Part shown: positions 61,057-64,000 of the stretch, one piece after another | How positions within the stretch are numbered: position 1 is the first letter of the stretch | Layout: every line of letters begins with the position of its first letter | NCBI GenBank assembly: GCA_963775425.1 | Contig: CAVZJB010000011.1 | Location: 736,001-800,000 of the forward strand | Direction: 5' to 3' | Source of the DNA: an uncultured delta proteobacterium | GTDB taxonomy: Bacteria; Myxococcota; UBA727; VGSZ01 | Length of the DNA stretch: 64,000 nt | Notes under the pieces: generated by a model | What the model saw: only the letters and a program-made list of their open reading frames with translations | Told to the model about the DNA's origin: nothing | Database searches by the model: none | Position numbers and translations under genes: made by a program

Positions 61057-61147
61057 GTAGGGCGGGGGCTTGCCCCCGCATCGTAGTGACCCGGCGCCAT
61101 CGAAGGTGCCGGTCCCCCCCGACGCGCCCCACGAGGGGGCGCCCTAC
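61057..61147. repeat. REP doublet (REPIN-like) 2
   Basis: GTAGGGCGGGGGCTTGCCCCCGCATC ... GACGCGCCCCACGAGGGGGCGCCCTAC. Confidence 0.75.
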
Positions 61148-61217
61148 GCGCCGGCCGCAATGCCGTCGTCGTTTCGCAGCGCGGTTCGGAAATCGTCACA
61201 CCGGGCGCGCCACACAC

Positions 61218-61263
61218 CCCTCGAAGTTGCAGCATTTTCGATGTTGCGACTCCGAGGGTTTTT
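61218..61263 (+). terminator. Long hairpin with U-tract
   Basis: CCCTCG-A-AGTTGCAGCAT-TTTCG-ATGTTGCGACT-C-CGAGGG-TTTTT. Confidence 0.5.
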
Positions 61264-61407
61264 CGATCTTGTGGCACCGGTGCCACCGACCGCGTTCGCG
61301 ACGTCGTCGTTTCCGGGCTCGCAATCGTCGCTGCGGGCGCGCGTTTCGAACGCGTTCACGTGCCGACGCAGCCCGTGCCGTCGTCGCTTCGCGACACAGC
61401 CCCCGAG

Positions 61408-62298
61408 CTAGGCGAGGGCGGTGGGCTCGAGGTCGGCTGGCTTTTGAAAGAGCTCGTCGTCGGTGAGGCGGGCGTAGACCTCGACGAGGTTCCCACTTGG
61501 ATCTTCGAGCCACAGCTCATGCAGCGGCGTCCCGCGCCACGTCGTGCGCGGCGGCTTGTGGATCACGACGCCGGCGGCTTTGGCGAGCTCGTACGCGCGA
61601 ACGACGGCGTTCTTGTCGGCGAGGGCGACGCCGAGATGGTTGAGCGTGTCCTTGTGGAGCTCCTTGCCGTCCGACACGAGCAGCACGAGGTTCGTCTTCA
61701 GCTCGGGGCGGACGAAGGTGACGTAGCGGTGCGTCCACTCCTTCGGCTGCGCGCCGAGGAGCCAGGCGTAAAAGCGCGCGCTCTCGGCCAGGCTCTTCAC
61801 GCGCATGCTGAGGTGGAATTCCTCCGGCCGGGGGCTCTCGGGCACGTCGAGGAGGGCGGCGAGGACTTCGAGCCTCGTTTGAATCTGATCTCTCGCCGTT
61901 CGAAAGCGCGCGAGCATCTCGTCGCGCGGCAAGGACGGGTCTTTGCTCGCCGGATCCTGGATGGGCCAATGGAGCCTGCGCGCCTTGCCGAGAAAGACCG
62001 GGCACACTTCCTCGGCGCACAGCGTGATCACGGTGTCGACGGTGGTGGCGTCGATGGTCTGCACGGACTTCGAGTGGTGCGTCGTGAGGTCGACGCCGAG
62101 CTCGCGCATGACCTCGATGGCGTACGGGTTCACCTCGGAGGGCTCGCTGCCGGCGCTCTGCACGGGGATACGCGCGCCGAAGAGCCTTCGCGCGAGGCCC
62201 TCGGCCATCTGGCTCCGGGCGGAGTTCGCGACACAGAGAAAGAGGATCGCCTTGTCGGTGTTCCTGGAGGTGCCGAGCTTGCCGATGTCCCCGGTCAC
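61408..62298 (-). CDS. arsC: Arsenate reductase (LMW-PTP/thioredoxin type) fused to an ArsI/CadI-like VOC domain
   Basis: [31 protein letters not shown], then FHLSMRV...LNHLGV...[13 protein letters not shown]; the GTG overlaps the arsA stop. Confidence 0.85.
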   Translation of the reverse strand: MTGDIGKLGTSRNTDKAILFLCVANSARSQMAEGLARRLFGARIPVQSAGSEPSEVNPYAIEVMRELGVDLTTHHSKSVQTIDATTVDTVITLCAEEVCPVFLGKARRLHWPIQDPASKDPSLPRDEMLARFRTARDQIQTRLEVLAALLDVPESPRPEEFHLSMRVKSLAESARFYAWLLGAQPKEWTHRYVTFVRPELKTNLVLLVSDGKELHKDTLNHLGVALADKNAVVRAYELAKAAGVVIHKPPRTTWRGTPLHELWLEDPSGNLVEVYARLTDDELFQKPADLEPTALA

Positions 62299-64000
62299 GG
62301 CCTCGCCTCCGCGGAGGTCCTCTTCGCCGAAGCGTCGCCGAGCGCGAGGTTTGCGCTCCACGGCTCGACGACGATGTGCGCGGTGTGCTCGCCAAGCTCT
62401 TTGAGGTGGCCCGCTTCATGGGCCTGACGCGCGCGGAGCACGGGATCCGTGACGGCGAGCGGGGTGAGGCTCTGGTTCACGACCCAGGCGAAGGGCTTGA
62501 TGTCGGCGCGCGCGAGGTCGCGCTCGAGCTGCATCGCCTCGTGGATGGGCGTCGCTTCGGGGAGGGTCACGAGGAGGACGTGGGTGAAGTCGGCGTCACG
62601 GAGGCGCGGCAGGAGCTTCTGCACGGCTTCCGGGCTCCCGCTCGGCTTGCGCAGCACCTCGCGGTGGTAGGACTCCGCGGCGTCGAGCAGCAGGAGCGTG
62701 TGACCTGTCGGCGCGGTGTCGATGACGATGAAGCGATCCTCTCCTTGGGCGACGGTCTCCGCGAACGCGCGGAACACCGCGACCTCCTCGGTGCAGGGGC
62801 TCCGGAGGTCCTCCTCGAGCAGGGCCTTCCCCTGCGCGTCGAGGGTCTTGCCGGCGCTCGTCATCACCTCCTCGGTGTAGCGGCGCGTCTCGAGCGCGGG
62901 ATCGATGCGTGTGACGCGCAGGCCGGACGCGCCCGCGCCCAGCTCGCGCACCGCCGCTTCGACGTGGGCGGCGGGATCGGTCGTGGTGAGCGTAACGGGA
63001 AAGCCTCGGCGCGCGAGCTCGCTGGAGATGCGCGCGGCGACGGAGGTCTTTCCGACGCCGCCCTTCCCCATCGTCATGATGACGCCCTTGCCCCGCACGG
63101 CGAGCTCATCGACGAGCGTGGACAGCCGCTCCCCGCGCAACGCGCTCGCCGGAGGCGTCGCGACCGGCCGCTCGGCGCGGTCGCGGGGCGCGCACATCTC
63201 TCGGAGCGCGTCGACGCCGACGAGCCCGAACGGGAGGAGCGGGACATCGATGCGCGGCACCGCGCGCAGACCGGCGGGGAGCTTCTCGAGAGAAGCCCGC
63301 CCCCGCGCCTCCATGGCGACGGCGGTCGGGTCACTCTCGTCCTGCGCGAGGAACACGCCGTTCAAGATGAGGCGCACGTTGGCGACGCCGAGCTGCGCGA
63401 GCTCAGCGCGGGTGCGCTCGGCCTCCGTGAGCGAGGAGCGATCAGGGCGCGCGACCAGGACGAGGATCGTCTGCGAGGGGTCGCGGAGCGCGTCGTTCGA
63501 TGCCGCGTACAGGGCCTTCTGCGCGCTCAATCCGGAGAGCGGACCGAGGCACGAGGTGCCGCCGACGCTTGAGTCGATGTGGCTCGTCCACGCCGCAGGC
63601 AGCTCGAGCAAACGGAGCGTGTGGCCGGTGGGCGCCGTGTCGAAGATGACGTGATCGAACTGCGCTGTCGCGCTGCCGTCGCCGAGGAGCTTCGAGAATT
63701 CGTCGAACGCGGCGATCTCGACGGTGCAGGCGCCGGAGAGTTGCTCCTCCATGCTGGCGATGGCGCTGGCGGGCAAGAGCGCGCGGTACGGACCCACGAC
63801 CCGCTCGCGGTAGTCGTGCGCGGCCTGCTCGGGATCGATGTTGAGCGCCGAGAGGCCCGGGACGTTCGGGACCGCCGTCGGCGTCGCCGACAGCTCCACG
63901 CCGAGCACCTCATCGAGGTTCGACGCGGGATCGGTGCTGACGAGGAGCACGCGTTTGCCGGCGTCGGCGAGCCCGATGGCCGTGGCGCAAGCGGAGGACG
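62295..64000 (-). CDS. arsA: Arsenical pump-driving ATPase, 5' end outside the window
   Basis: Two nucleotide-binding halves: [28 protein letters not shown] twice, [21 protein letters not shown]. Confidence 0.95.
   Translation of the reverse strand, partial: SSACATAIGLADAGKRVLLVSTDPASNLDEVLGVELSATPTAVPNVPGLSALNIDPEQAAHDYRERVVGPYRALLPASAIASMEEQLSGACTVEIAAFDEFSKLLGDGSATAQFDHVIFDTAPTGHTLRLLELPAAWTSHIDSSVGGTSCLGPLSGLSAQKALYAASNDALRDPSQTILVLVARPDRSSLTEAERTRAELAQLGVANVRLILNGVFLAQDESDPTAVAMEARGRASLEKLPAGLRAVPRIDVPLLPFGLVGVDALREMCAPRDRAERPVATPPASALRGERLSTLVDELAVRGKGVIMTMGKGGVGKTSVAARISSELARRGFPVTLTTTDPAAHVEAAVRELGAGASGLRVTRIDPALETRRYTEEVMTSAGKTLDAQGKALLEEDLRSPCTEEVAVFRAFAETVAQGEDRFIVIDTAPTGHTLLLLDAAESYHREVLRKPSGSPEAVQKLLPRLRDADFTHVLLVTLPEATPIHEAMQLERDLARADIKPFAWVVNQSLTPLAVTDPVLRARQAHEAGHLKELGEHTAHIVVEPWSANLALGDASAKRTSAEARP

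Larger units (their letters stand above)
60455..61360. repeat. Non-coding repeat mosaic with dispersed ccgggcgcgcgtttcgaacccgttc units
   Basis: Copies near 60461, 60614, 61007, 61201 (partial) and 61334; tccgatctccgccggccgcga at ~60658 and 60841; ccctcgtgt three times at ~60715. Confidence 0.85.

Noticed and set aside
60455-61360. Possible CRISPR array
   Set aside because: Repeat copies are degenerate, spacing is irregular (about 130-400 bp), the spacers contain other repeats, and no cas genes are present.
60196-61513. ORFs called across the repeat mosaic, and 59889-60260 across the tRNA
   Set aside because: No protein motifs; they cross REP palindromes or the tRNA.

Overview
High-GC bacterial chromosome segment, most likely Myxococcota. 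This is inferred from the Myxococcus Cys-rich repeat protein, the Ser/Thr kinase-PEGA-TPR gene set, GE-repeat lipoproteins and standalone MotB/OmpA. The window holds about 48 genes, mostly housekeeping and envelope functions (rlmL-like, putA, fhs, glgP, MoxR/DUF58 operon, dsbD, M23 peptidase, PP2C phosphatase, fused 2-oxoacid dehydrogenase E1, hemN, topA), plus tRNA-Ser(GCT) and tRNA-Arg(ACG). Most long ORFs in the supplied track are GC-rich shadow frames. The main items of interest are as follows. (1) A three-gene minus-strand operon at 25223-27145 encodes a transglutaminase-like Cys-His-Asp protein, a toxin with a CdiA-CT-like RNase tip on an unrecognised N-terminus with no visible delivery machinery, and a HEAT-like immunity protein. 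(2) A decayed island boundary at tRNA-Arg contains a serine-recombinase C-terminal remnant reading into the tRNA, a sigma-factor-like fragment, a ~0.9 kb non-coding mosaic of GTAG-type REP doublets and direct repeats, and an ars cluster with an ArsC-VOC fusion that lacks the ArsI Cys-Cys pair. (3) Many genes have a leaderless promoter layout, including one symmetric bidirectional promoter. (4) Two membrane pseudokinases with repeat stalks each carry a frameshift. (5) A TetR-controlled amidohydrolase/fatty-acid-hydroxylase unit has two visible operators. Three frameshifts in 64 kb may be assembly errors. All family assignments come from motif recognition, not database searches.
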